Shown one piece after another: positions 18,201 through 27,128 of a stretch of DNA of 41,900 bases (within the stretch, counting starts at the first letter, position 1; each line of letters opens with the position of its first letter). Source of the stretch: Candidatus Anoxychlamydiales bacterium (GTDB lineage: Bacteria; Chlamydiota; Chlamydiia; Chlamydiales; SM23-39); contig JAAKFN010000003.1 in the NCBI GenBank assembly GCA_011065045.1, positions 1 through 41,900 of the forward strand. Reading direction: 5' to 3'. The notes beneath the pieces were generated by a model. The model saw nothing but the letters and a program-made list of their open reading frames with translations, did no database searches and was not told where the DNA came from. The position numbers and the translations under genes were made by a program.

Positions 18201-18939
18201 CATTGGACTCTATTTTGCCAGTATGCTTTATAGCATTTGCATAAATATTACCATTTGATATTAATTTTATTTTTACTCCTTTTAAAAGACCCGAATTATT
18301 TATCCCAACCTCTTCTTTTGGTATCTCTTTATCTTCTGATAAAATAAAAATATTATTATTACCTTCCGGCTTTATTAATACTTTTGTTGAAGCTATTAAA
18401 TTAATATCTCCGCAAGAAGATTCAATTTGAGACTTATTCTTAATAGTTTTAGAGATTAGATAAACATCATTTTTTGCATTAATTTTACCTAAATTGATTA
18501 TCGATGTATCCAAATGACCTTCAAGAAACATCTCATTATCGAAATTAAAATCTACTTCTTTAAGATCTAAAGTAGATGCAAAAAAAGAATCTACATCGAT
18601 TTGGGCATTTTTTCCAATTATTATACCATTTGGATTTATTAAAAATACTTTACCATTAGATAATAAAGATCCTAAAATTGTTGTTTTGGTTTGTCCAATA
18701 ATTCTATTTAACACACAGCTATAATCATGAGGTTGAACGAAATTAATAATTTCATTTTCATTTATATTGAATTTATCCCAATTAATAATTACATTATCAT
18801 CAAAAGATTTAATTTCTAATCCATTCTCAACCTTAGAAACAAGAGTCTTTCCTGAAAGAGTTTGAATGTTACAATCATTAGCGAACAAACCTGCATTAAC
18901 AATTAACAATAATATTAAAAAAATTATGTTTATTTTCAT
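15226..18939 (-). CDS. TpsA exoprotein 2, filamentous-haemagglutinin-like
   Basis: Signal peptide MKINIIFLILLLIVNAGLFA; TPS domain (INWDKFNI, LNRI, FLINPNGIIIG); GGKVILWS, GGFIEVSG, GTLLLDP; beta-helix-like AGNDI/VGRD repeats. Start set at the second Met (18939). Confidence 0.92.
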   Translation of the reverse strand: MKINIIFLILLLIVNAGLFANDCNIQTLSGKTLVSKVENGLEIKSFDDNVIINWDKFNINENEIINFVQPHDYSCVLNRIIGQTKTTILGSLLSNGKVFLINPNGIIIGKNAQIDVDSFFASTLDLKEVDFNFDNEMFLEGHLDTSIINLGKINAKNDVYLISKTIKNKSQIESSCGDINLIASTKVLIKPEGNNNIFILSEDKEIPKEEVGINNSGLLKGVKIKLISNGNIYANAIKHTGKIESNGIKNIDGEVYLVAKEGLIQTKKNAQLIAKNENSTGGQVNILADEIRLEGNTLIDVSSKIGEGEVNIGGGYQGKDQRFFNSQMTSVSKNVKINSDAIINGNGGKVILWSDGWTSFLGDISSRGGSENGDGGFIEVSGLKNLIYRGRVNTKALNGKIGTLLLDPSDITISAAATSGGAFDGGSPTDTFTPTLAVANILNTDLTAALDAANVVIDTTSAFGSSGDISFTAVYTYTSAGTAGGSLTLNADNDININSALTLTFDVSSLANLNFNAGNDILIDADLNVDNANNITMVAGNDFTISTTNTFDCDNVSSIQLTAGATFTIANSGTGVPGNIDFSLSDNLGITANDITILGQIDNSFIGDLSLTATNDINIGPSTNVSTGPNVQSRVSTNTGTISVVAGNDLILTGGTTDDEQFAQIGRKATNVNCDIHLTVGRDLKLIAGGLGVNTDCFALIGHGGSGGFSDSSMIGDIIIHNIGRNCIVDARNGVNDSFAQIGHSAMNDANNLTFSGDIRGPSAGSYAPIQGDLDIFAGDENQAYAIIGHGGSNISGGTLTLSGDILVQANNIEIEGGDSQDTAAVVGFRVRMSAGTPAVTINNSNIKLKALDNLLVKAGTGSAGGGGPGLIGALINTTDVTRTSAFIDIDLIDIKCLGRTTLLGGVTNPNENIILLGAMTADLDSVLITTLGTSRSNLNIDIEGNFSAISRNGETVFIQNGTTTTAGRTLNIKTGQDFFMMAESKGVQVNAIDTAVLDIAQDLSLLSDTEQCIIDAQNTLNITVGRDVDLIGHCDGSSFTRATIQNRAGNLSIKAGRDITLGPWGEIANLGSGEIAVVVDNDFPNKWDIGSGSFFMNVHTEVGRSGGGIVRIFTASRSQNFITNQFGTSTFVNGAINNNVFTQGPLFVNSAIEQWATYFSSSFGGAPFTIFYKDFPFPSILSLFGQDPAFLYPDYELFYKPFYIYLYYDPLIRLPKQRKVPWNQLNEKIDLYKSQL

Positions 18940-19152
18940 TAAAAAAACATCACTTATATAAACCTTGTCTATATATATAGCAATACAGATTAATTTCATT
19001 ATTGTAAATAATGCATGCTTTAGAAAGAGAAAATAAATTACTTAAGACTCTGAAAACAAGACTATTATAACTTTAGGAAATTCTCGAGATCAAGAAATAA
19101 TTTCACCGCTTAATTAAAAAACACCCAAAACCACAGCATCTTGCATAAAACA

Positions 19153-21039
19153 TCAATTTGTTCTCGTAAAGGAAAAATCAGGTAAAGTTGAAATATTCGC
19201 TTTTTCAATAGTTATATCATTGGGACTAGCTAAATTCAAACTTGTAGCATCTCTACAACTGAAATTACCCTCAATTTTTATATCATTGCCAGCTGTAATA
19301 TTGATAATAGCGGAGCTTTTGCATTGCAAATCATGAGAAACGTTAGGGCCAAACCAAACATCCGTTGATGATATTATAGTAAAATCTTTTAAATCTGTTA
19401 TAGAAAAACCTCCTTTAAGTATCACATCATTTGCAGTAAAATTTAGAGTAACCTCTGTTCCTTCAATCATAGAGTTGGTTGTAAAATCATTACCAGCTGT
19501 ACAATTTATTGAAACATTGCTTCCTGCCAAAGCAGTATAATTTAGCAAACCGCTAATATCAATATTTCGATCTGCAATCAAAGTTAGAGACCCAGAATTT
19601 ATAGTTTGTGGAAAATAATAAAATGAACTAGATAAACAAATGTCCCCTGTAGCAGAAAAGGCTGAGTCAGTATCGATCACCACATTAGCGTTATCTAAAG
19701 CTGCATATAAATCACTAAGATAGATGAAGGAAGTACCCGCTGTTAATACGTAAGAGTCTGTAGGAGTTAGTCCATTAAAAGATCCTCCTGATGGTTGTTT
19801 TTTACCGATAGTAATATTTGATGGATCTAATAACATAGTTCCCAAAAATCCATTTTTTGCACTCGTATTTATCTCCCCATCAAAATTCAATTGTTTAATA
19901 CCCGATATTTCAATAAAGCCCCCATCACCAGATATTTCTCCACCTTTAGTTGAAATACTACCATGAAATGTCGTGCCTCCATCAGACCATAAAATTATTT
20001 TACCTCCATTTCCGTTCACAGTCGCATCAGCATTAATTTTTACATTTTTTGATACAGTAGTCATTTGAGAATTAAAGAATTTATCATCCTTGCCCCGATA
20101 CCCGCCTCCTATATTTACTTCTCCCTCTCCGAGTTCTGAAGAAACATCGATTAGAGTCTTACCCTCTAATCTAATATCATCTGCTAAAATATTTACTCGC
20201 CCACCAGTCGAGTTCTCATTTTTAGCAATTAATTGTGCATTTTTTTTAGTTTGTATCAAACCATCCTTTGCTACTAAATAAATTTCTCCATTTATATTTT
20301 TTATTCCATTAGCTTCTATAACGCCGCTATGATTTATTGCACATTGATAGATGTTTCCTTTTGAGCTCAGATTGGTTTTTATAGCTTTTATTAGGCCTGA
20401 GTTTTCTATTCCAATTTCGTTTTTTATTTCCTCTTTCTCGTCTATTTGAATAAAAATATTATCTTCATTATTTGGTTTTATTAAAACTTTAGTTGAAGCA
20501 ATTAAATTAGCTCCACCATTTTTTACAAATATCTGACCATAATTTTTAATTGATTTTGATATCAAATATACTTCTTTTTCTGCCTCAATTTTACCAAGAT
20601 TAATTATTGAAGAATTTTGATCTCCGTAAAATACCAAATCATTCTTTGAATTGAAATCCAGAAGTTTTAGAGTAGATGCAAAAAAGGAATCTGCTTTAAT
20701 TTGAGCATCTTGTCCAATTATTATACCATTCTGATTCAGTAGAAAGAAAGAGCCATTTGATTCTAAATTCCCCAAAAGAACTGATGTGTTATTTCCTGTA
20801 ATTCGATTTAATACCGCTGAATCTTTTGAAGGCTGATTAAATCTAACAGTTTCTTGAGCAGAAATATTAAAGTCTTTCCAATCAATAATTGTTTTCTCAG
20901 TCTTTAAAAAAACGTCTAATTCATTTGTTTTTTCAAAAAACATTGCTTCTCCTAAACGGCTTTCAGCGCCTAAAGGCAAAGAAAACACCTTGAAGCTAAA
21001 AAAAAGCATAATTATGCAATGCTTAAATAATTTTTTCAT
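19153..21039 (-). CDS. TpsA exoprotein 1, filamentous-haemagglutinin-like (shorter, possibly truncated)
   Basis: Signal peptide, IDWKDFNI, FNQPSKDSAVLNRI, NQNGIIIG, GGFIEISG, GTMLLDP; ends within AGNDI-type repeats. Confidence 0.9.
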   Translation of the reverse strand: MKKLFKHCIIMLFFSFKVFSLPLGAESRLGEAMFFEKTNELDVFLKTEKTIIDWKDFNISAQETVRFNQPSKDSAVLNRITGNNTSVLLGNLESNGSFFLLNQNGIIIGQDAQIKADSFFASTLKLLDFNSKNDLVFYGDQNSSIINLGKIEAEKEVYLISKSIKNYGQIFVKNGGANLIASTKVLIKPNNEDNIFIQIDEKEEIKNEIGIENSGLIKAIKTNLSSKGNIYQCAINHSGVIEANGIKNINGEIYLVAKDGLIQTKKNAQLIAKNENSTGGRVNILADDIRLEGKTLIDVSSELGEGEVNIGGGYRGKDDKFFNSQMTTVSKNVKINADATVNGNGGKIILWSDGGTTFHGSISTKGGEISGDGGFIEISGIKQLNFDGEINTSAKNGFLGTMLLDPSNITIGKKQPSGGSFNGLTPTDSYVLTAGTSFIYLSDLYAALDNANVVIDTDSAFSATGDICLSSSFYYFPQTINSGSLTLIADRNIDISGLLNYTALAGSNVSINCTAGNDFTTNSMIEGTEVTLNFTANDVILKGGFSITDLKDFTIISSTDVWFGPNVSHDLQCKSSAIINITAGNDIKIEGNFSCRDATSLNLASPNDITIEKANISTLPDFSFTRTN

Positions 21040-21047
21040 AAAAATCC

Positions 21048-22997
21048 TTAAAAATTAAGATTGAAACCAAAATGCCACCTGCCTAGTTTATTTCTTGGTT
21101 CGAATTCTTTGATTTCATGTAATTTAAATCCCCAATCAATTCTAAAGGCAAGGTTGGGAAATGTTTGATATCGCAGCCCCCCCCCTGCCCCCATTAAGTA
21201 TATAAAATCTTTCACAGTCTCTATTTCTGTACTATCCCAGCCACACCCATAGTCTATAAAAGCTAAAAACTTCAAAGCTTCTTTAAATTTGATTTTTCTA
21301 TTACTTATAAGTTTCATTGGACAGGTATATCCTTCAATATTAAAAATAACTCCATTGTCTTTATTTACAATTCTATACTCATAACCTCTAACTGTATTAT
21401 ACCCTCCTAACCCTAATTGCTCTGAAGACAAAAGATTATTCGATGAAAATTGAGATGTATAGTTAATTACCAACTCATAATCCTTGGGCAATTTAAAAAT
21501 TGGAGTAACCTTTTGCATTGAATAAAAATAACTGTTTTTAGCATGAGGTCTAAGTTCAGAAAATCTTTGATTACTTTGTTTTTCCATTATATCCCCTGGA
21601 GATAATACAAAAATAATTTCGACAGGAATATTAAAATTACCCAGTTCATACCTACCATTATAATCGCATACTAATTGTGTAATATTCACAGAATTTCCAA
21701 TAAAAGGTCTTTGTCTATAAGTAAGATTTATATTTTCTCTTTTATAATCAAATCCGATGCTTAAATCATGAAGATAATGCTTTATTGGTTTAATTGGAAA
21801 AGTATATCTTGCGCTGAACTGCACTGACCTTCCTTCGTTTTTTAAATCTTCAATAGTTTTTTTTGGTTTAAATTGAGCATACCCCCCATATAAAGTTAAT
21901 ATTCTTTTTCCAAATATCGGCAATGCATAACTAGCTGTAAAAGCTTGGAATCTATTAATATTTGTAGAAGCTGTATATTGAAATGTAACAATATGATCTA
22001 ATCCCCATGCATTTCCCCAGTTAAACCCTGCAATTAATCTCTCTTTTTCTGTAGCCTCAAATCCAGTATTTTCAGCTCCGACATATGCTCTGAAGGGATA
22101 TCTATCGTCAATAAAATATTCAAGATCAGTGGTGTTTTCTTTATTTCCTGGAGAAAAAACTATAGAAGCATTTCTAAAAGGATTTCGATTTATCCAATAA
22201 AGATCTTGTATTATGCTTTGAGTATCAATAGATTTATTTGGTTTAAGGGATATATAATTTTGAATGTTCTTCTCTGAAAAGTATTTATTACCTTTAATGC
22301 TAATATCACAAGCCGTACTCTCATAAACTATAATCTTTATCACATTATTTTGGATTTTTTGCTCAGGCAAACTAACAATTACAAATGGATGAAAATTATC
22401 TTGATAATAGTTTAATATTGTTTGCTTGATATCTTCTATTATCTTTTCATTAAGTTCACGACATAAAAAACCTTTTAACCGATCATGAAATGTTTTATAA
22501 AATGTTGGCAAGCATAAGTTTTCAACAGTTATTCCCTTTATATTTTCAACTTTATCGAGTTCTTCGTTCGGCCCTGATATGTAAATTCCTTCAATAGTTC
22601 TTTTATCAAAATTTGTATATTCGATTGAGTCTTTACTTTCATTATGCTCTTTGTTCTTTTTCGGGGGTTTTTCTACTTCCACCAAAACATTTCCTTCATT
22701 ACAAAAAAAATTATGAGTGTCTATTTTGTTCTCTTTAAATGGTAAAAAAAGACCTAATGAATCCAATGGTTGCTTTACTTGAAAGCTATTTTTGACATTA
22801 AATGTTTCAATGCTTTTATTTTTTATTTGATAATTTTCTTGAACATCTTCAAGCTTATTATTAATTACAATTTCTTTTTTAGCATCGACAGATTCCTGAC
22901 TAGCAAAAGGACGTTTTTCATTTACAATAAAATGATTAAAAACAAAATTAACAATCAAATTAATAAAGAGACAAGCTGATGTCCAAACAATAAACAT
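21048..22997 (-). CDS. TpsB transporter (ShlB/FhaC/HecB family)
   Basis: POTRA (ILNYYQDNFHPFVIVSLPEQKIQNNVIKI; GNKYF), ENTG, SEQLGLGGYNTVRGY (VRGY motif), GGGLRY, C-terminal FGFNLNF; upstream of the tpsA genes. Confidence 0.93.
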   Translation of the reverse strand: MFIVWTSACLFINLIVNFVFNHFIVNEKRPFASQESVDAKKEIVINNKLEDVQENYQIKNKSIETFNVKNSFQVKQPLDSLGLFLPFKENKIDTHNFFCNEGNVLVEVEKPPKKNKEHNESKDSIEYTNFDKRTIEGIYISGPNEELDKVENIKGITVENLCLPTFYKTFHDRLKGFLCRELNEKIIEDIKQTILNYYQDNFHPFVIVSLPEQKIQNNVIKIIVYESTACDISIKGNKYFSEKNIQNYISLKPNKSIDTQSIIQDLYWINRNPFRNASIVFSPGNKENTTDLEYFIDDRYPFRAYVGAENTGFEATEKERLIAGFNWGNAWGLDHIVTFQYTASTNINRFQAFTASYALPIFGKRILTLYGGYAQFKPKKTIEDLKNEGRSVQFSARYTFPIKPIKHYLHDLSIGFDYKRENINLTYRQRPFIGNSVNITQLVCDYNGRYELGNFNIPVEIIFVLSPGDIMEKQSNQRFSELRPHAKNSYFYSMQKVTPIFKLPKDYELVINYTSQFSSNNLLSSEQLGLGGYNTVRGYEYRIVNKDNGVIFNIEGYTCPMKLISNRKIKFKEALKFLAFIDYGCGWDSTEIETVKDFIYLMGAGGGLRYQTFPNLAFRIDWGFKLHEIKEFEPRNKLGRWHFGFNLNF

Positions 22998-23027
22998 TTT
23001 TATACCATACCATTTTATACCATACCA
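22998..23027. repeat. 15-bp perfect tandem duplication abutting the tpsB start codon
   Basis: TTTTATACCATACCA twice (22998-23012, 23013-23027). Confidence 0.85.
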
Positions 23028-23063
23028 TAATTTTATTTTTATATAATACTCTATTATTTAAAT

Positions 23064-23530
23064 TATACAGTTCAAGAATTGGGCAAAGGAGCGCCGATAG
23101 CCTGAAAACCGTTTGCCTAAAGTCATCAAAATATTCATAATAAGTGTTATAAATCACTCTTTGCTTTAACCATTTCCAGAGTCTTTCTATTGGATTTAAA
23201 TTAGGACTATAAGGTGGTAAAAAATGAAACTGTATTTTAGATCCTTCTAAATAATTTTTTACCGCTTGGTTTTTGTAATATCTAGCATTATCTAAAAAAT
23301 ATGAATCTTTCTTTTTGTGGGATATGCTTTTTCTATTTTATCCAAAAATGAAATGGTTGCTTGAGTATTTAACATAGAATCTTCTTGAAAATGAAGCTTT
23401 CCCTCTATAACATCAACAGCTACGGAAATGTTAAGTCTTTGCCTTCCGGTATTTGAACAAATCTCTTTTATCGCGTTCTTTTTTATGTTGCTTTAGCAAA
23501 GAAGCTCTTGCTTCGTCTATCAAAAAAATT
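23064..23530 (-). pseudogene. IS630-family transposase remnant (internal deletion plus frameshift)
   Basis: Minus-strand fragments FLIDEARASLLKQHKKERDKR / SNTGRQRLNISVAVD...FLDKIEKAYP / (frameshift in T-run near 23295) LDNARYYK...FLPPYSPNLNPIERLWKWLK..VIYNTYYEYFDDF. Possible terminal TA-TACAGTTCAAG at 23064. Confidence 0.88.
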
Positions 23531-23702
23531 TATACTAAAAATTTTATAAAACTTGGAAATTTATTGTAAAAGTTTTTTTAACCTTCGCTCCCGAGATGTC
23601 TCTTTTATTTTAATCACTCTTTAAGGTCTTTATTGGAAAAAAGATCTTATTTTTTCTAAAAACTTTTTTGTAATCTTTATCAGAGTTATAAATATCAATA
23701 AA

Positions 23703-24464
23703 TTAAGCAAAGAAAAACTTATTAGCATTATCAAAAGTTATTTTTGCAATTTCTTCTAAACTTTTATTTTTAATATTTGCGATAACCTCTGCTGTTTCAA
23801 CAACATTAGCAGGTTCATTTTTCTTGCCTCTTTTAGATTGGGGAGAGAGAAGAGGAGAGTCTGTCTCTATTAAAATACTTTCTACTGGAATATCTTTTAA
23901 AACATCTCTAAGATCCGATGAGTTTTTAAAAGTTATAATCCCACTAAAAGATATGAGCCAGCCTCTATCTAGCACTTTTTTAGCTTCCTTTTTTGTTCCT
24001 GTAAAACAGTGTAAAACGGCCCTGCTATGTTCTATTTCATCCGCTATTTTAAAAATATCATCAAATGCATCTCTTGCATGAATGATAAGAGGTAAATCAT
24101 TTTCTTTTGCAAGTTTTAAATAGTTTTTAAAAAACATCTGTTGAAACTCTTTTTTATCTAAGCCGTAAAAATAATCAAGGCCCGTCTCCCCTATAGCTAT
24201 TAATTTTTTATTTAGCGCTGCCTTTTTAACATCTTCAAACAAGATATCTCTATCATTATCAGCTCCATGAGGGGTTGTAGCAGCTGCTGCAAAAACAAAA
24301 TCATATTTTTGAGAGAGCTCTAATCCCCTATCTAAAGATCCTAGATCAGTGCAGATATTCACAATTTTTGTAACATTTGCTTTTTTTGCTCTTTTTATGA
24401 TTTCATCTAAACTATCGTAATCACCCTCACCTGTTAGATGAGCATGTGAATCAAAAAATTCCAT
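23703..24464 (-). CDS. tatD: TatD-family metal-dependent DNase
   Basis: DSHAHL, AIGETGLDY, PLIIHAR, VLHCFTG, ILIETDSP, RGKKNEPA. Confidence 0.96.
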   Translation of the reverse strand: MEFFDSHAHLTGEGDYDSLDEIIKRAKKANVTKIVNICTDLGSLDRGLELSQKYDFVFAAAATTPHGADNDRDILFEDVKKAALNKKLIAIGETGLDYFYGLDKKEFQQMFFKNYLKLAKENDLPLIIHARDAFDDIFKIADEIEHSRAVLHCFTGTKKEAKKVLDRGWLISFSGIITFKNSSDLRDVLKDIPVESILIETDSPLLSPQSKRGKKNEPANVVETAEVIANIKNKSLEEIAKITFDNANKFFFA

Positions 24465-24692
24465 TTTTCTTTCTCATTTTTATATGACTTTTTCGCATGT
24501 CATGTCGAGTTTGTCAAGGACATTTTCGACATAGACTTCAAAAATGCCAGATCTCAAACCAACGCTACACACTAAACATCCTTTATATTACATATTAATT
24601 AAAAAAAAATAAGCGGTAATTATATTTTTAATACTAGAAATTAAATAAACGCACATTATATAATTAATTTAACCAATTAAATATAAACTAAT

Positions 24693-25232
24693 ATGTCATT
24701 TATAACACCCCCTCGTAATAACCTCTCTTTGCAAGAGATTTCATCTATAAAATATTTTTTTGAAAGTTCAACAAAAGAACTTCCCTCATTTCAGAAGGAT
24801 GTTATTTATGATCAAATATTAAAGGTTATGAAAAAATCTTTATCTGATGAAGATTGGACAAATTTTTTAAATTCTGAAATGAAATTACTTTGTGATCAAG
24901 CTAAGGTTGAGACGTTTTTTCAAAATGATAAATGCTTTACTGGTTTCATTGAATATTTAATTGAGGAGCGCCAACTCGAATTCGCTGAAAGAATAACCAA
25001 AACTCAGGAAGATAATAACCCTTTAATAAGAAGTCTTTTATCTAAAATAGCATTAAAATATCAAGATTTAGAAAATGATGCTGAACATGAAAGAATAATT
25101 GTTCAGCAGTTTGGCTATGGTTTTAATGCTGATTTTTCTCCTTGTCTCTTATTGGCTTATTATGAAGAAAACATAGTAGTAAAAACCATCAGAGCAACTC
25201 ATAGCATTTTAAAAAAAATCCCTCTTTTTTAA
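24693..25232 (+). CDS. Hypothetical protein
   Basis: 179-aa ORF with low-complexity Ser/Pro N-terminus (MSFITPPRNNLS); no recognised domain. Confidence 0.65.
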   Translation: MSFITPPRNNLSLQEISSIKYFFESSTKELPSFQKDVIYDQILKVMKKSLSDEDWTNFLNSEMKLLCDQAKVETFFQNDKCFTGFIEYLIEERQLEFAERITKTQEDNNPLIRSLLSKIALKYQDLENDAEHERIIVQQFGYGFNADFSPCLLLAYYEENIVVKTIRATHSILKKIPLF

Positions 25233-25294
25233 TACATTTGCTTTAATACAAATCTCAAAGTGTGTCAAGATATAGAAAAAAATGAGATTTTATT

Positions 25295-26002
25295 ATGATT
25301 GCAATGTCTCCTATACTAAATGCTTATTTTCAAGCAGATCTTTTTGGTAAATTTATCTTTTTTTCATTATTTATTTTATCTATAGCTTCTTGGGTAATAC
25401 TTTTACATAAAATGTATCTAGCTAAAAAACTAAAATTATTAAATTCGAGTTTTGAAAAAAAGGTTCAAACAAACAGCGAAAACATTTTATCTATAAACAT
25501 AAACTCTAACCTTACATATCCCTACTTAAATATTTATAAAAGTTTGAAAGATAAAACCTTAGAAATTTTAAATAAGAATCGTTTTTTTATAAACGAGAAA
25601 AAAAAGGTATATATGTCGAGTAAAGATATCGAACTTATAGATTCGCATTTAGACGTTGAGATTTTAAAACAGATAAAACTTTTAGAACAAAATCTATTTA
25701 TACTTCCTACAGTTGTAACTTTAGGTCCATTTTTAGGGCTTTTAGGTACTGTTTGGGGAATTTTAATAACTTTTAATTCGCTTCAAACTCAGTCTTTATT
25801 GAATAACAACACCTCTATATTATCTGGTCTTTCTATGGCTCTATCTACAACAGTTGTTGGGCTTATGGTTGCCATACCAGCTCTCATTGCATATAATTAT
25901 TTAAAGAATTGGATAAAAAATTTTAGAAGCGACATGCTGCATTTTTCACATGGATTAATAACAACTTTAGAGATTCAATATAGAAATGTTGACGTAAAAT
26001 AA
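25295..26002 (+). CDS. tolQ: TolQ/ExbB proton channel protein
   Basis: TLGPFLGLLGTVWGI...GLSMALSTTVVGLMVAIPALIAYN; first gene of the tol-pal cluster. Confidence 0.92.
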   Translation: MIAMSPILNAYFQADLFGKFIFFSLFILSIASWVILLHKMYLAKKLKLLNSSFEKKVQTNSENILSININSNLTYPYLNIYKSLKDKTLEILNKNRFFINEKKKVYMSSKDIELIDSHLDVEILKQIKLLEQNLFILPTVVTLGPFLGLLGTVWGILITFNSLQTQSLLNNNTSILSGLSMALSTTVVGLMVAIPALIAYNYLKNWIKNFRSDMLHFSHGLITTLEIQYRNVDVK

Positions 26003-26003
26003 T

Positions 26004-26417
26004 ATGAGAAAAAAAAAGTTTCTACAAAACTCTAGTGATCTTGATGAAAATTTAATTAATTTAACCCCCTTAATTGATGTTGTCTTTGTTGTATTAATTT
26101 CATTTATTTTAATAGCTCCTCTTTTAGAAGTAGATCATATAAATTTGGCTGAAGGTTCTACAAAAAGTGATAAAAACATTGAACAAACTTCAATAGTTTT
26201 AAAAGTAAAAGAAGATAATTCTATATTGATAAATAATAGATTAGTGACACTTCTAGAGCTAAAAGATCTCTTAAAAGAAAAAAAAAGATCTAATCCCAAT
26301 CAAATCCCCCAGCTATATCATGATAAAAAAGCTACATTTGGCTCATATCAATCCATTAAAAATCTAGTAGAGCTCTCAGGCTTTGAAAAGCTAGATGTTG
26401 TTCTGCAGCCTGATTAA
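26004..26417 (+). CDS. tolR: TolR/ExbD protein
   Basis: INLTPLIDVVFVVLISFILIAP motif. Confidence 0.92.
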   Translation: MRKKKFLQNSSDLDENLINLTPLIDVVFVVLISFILIAPLLEVDHINLAEGSTKSDKNIEQTSIVLKVKEDNSILINNRLVTLLELKDLLKEKKRSNPNQIPQLYHDKKATFGSYQSIKNLVELSGFEKLDVVLQPD

Positions 26418-26432
26418 AAAATTTTAAGATTT

Positions 26433-27128
26433 ATGAAAAGAAAACCCAATCTATTTAACATTAATAAAAAGACAATTTATAGAGTTGTAACTTTTCATTT
26501 TATTGTTATTTTATGTTTAGTAATTCCATTTAGATCTTTTAAAAAACAAAAAAAACAAAGTTTGGTAGTAAATAATATTATATTAAAGCCAGAGATAAAA
26601 CCTATACCAAAACAAACTTTTATAAAAAGGGCCCCTATAAAAAAATCCCCCACAAGACCAATCCCAGTAAAAAAAGCTCCTATTCAAAAAAAAACACCTC
26701 TAAAAAAAGCAGTTCCTATTGATAAACAAAAATACTTATCTCTTTTAGATAAACTAGAAAAGCAAATAAAAAGCTTAGATGATAAAAAAGAGATCATAAA
26801 AAAGTCTGATCTTAGAATACCTAAAAAAGTAAAAACTTTGAGCCTTGATCAAAAAATTGAAACCGCCTCATTTGATAATTTTTCAAAATTTAAACAAATT
26901 TTAGTAAAAGAATTGCAAGACAATCTAAATCTTCCCGAATACGGCGAAGTAAGAGTTTCGTTTATAATACATCCCGAAGGAAAAATAACAGATGTTTTGA
27001 TTTTGGACTCTAAAAGCGAAATAAATCAAAGTTATTTAAAAAATAGCTTATCTGAGATATCATTTAAAAATATGGAAAAAGTATTTCAAGAAAAGAAAAA
27101 ACTAATTGTGATTTTTAAAAATGATTAA
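26433..27128 (+). CDS. tolA: TolA/TonB-like protein
   Basis: N-terminal TM with His (TFHFIVIL), Lys/Pro-rich PIKK repeats, C-terminal [19 protein letters not shown]; lies between tolR and tolB. Confidence 0.75.
   Translation: MKRKPNLFNINKKTIYRVVTFHFIVILCLVIPFRSFKKQKKQSLVVNNIILKPEIKPIPKQTFIKRAPIKKSPTRPIPVKKAPIQKKTPLKKAVPIDKQKYLSLLDKLEKQIKSLDDKKEIIKKSDLRIPKKVKTLSLDQKIETASFDNFSKFKQILVKELQDNLNLPEYGEVRVSFIIHPEGKITDVLILDSKSEINQSYLKNSLSEISFKNMEKVFQEKKKLIVIFKND

Noticed and set aside
19000-19155. Readthrough or frameshift fusing tpsA1 to tpsA2
   Set aside because: The frames I read in the spacer contain stops, and tpsA2 has its own signal peptide and TPS domain.
22960-23157. 65-aa ORF as an independent gene
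   Set aside because: It is the C-terminal read-out of the IS630 pseudogene running into the 15-bp duplication.
26590-26720. PIKK-type repeats as a separate repeat element
   Set aside because: This is the ordinary Lys/Pro-rich linker of a TolA/TonB-like protein.
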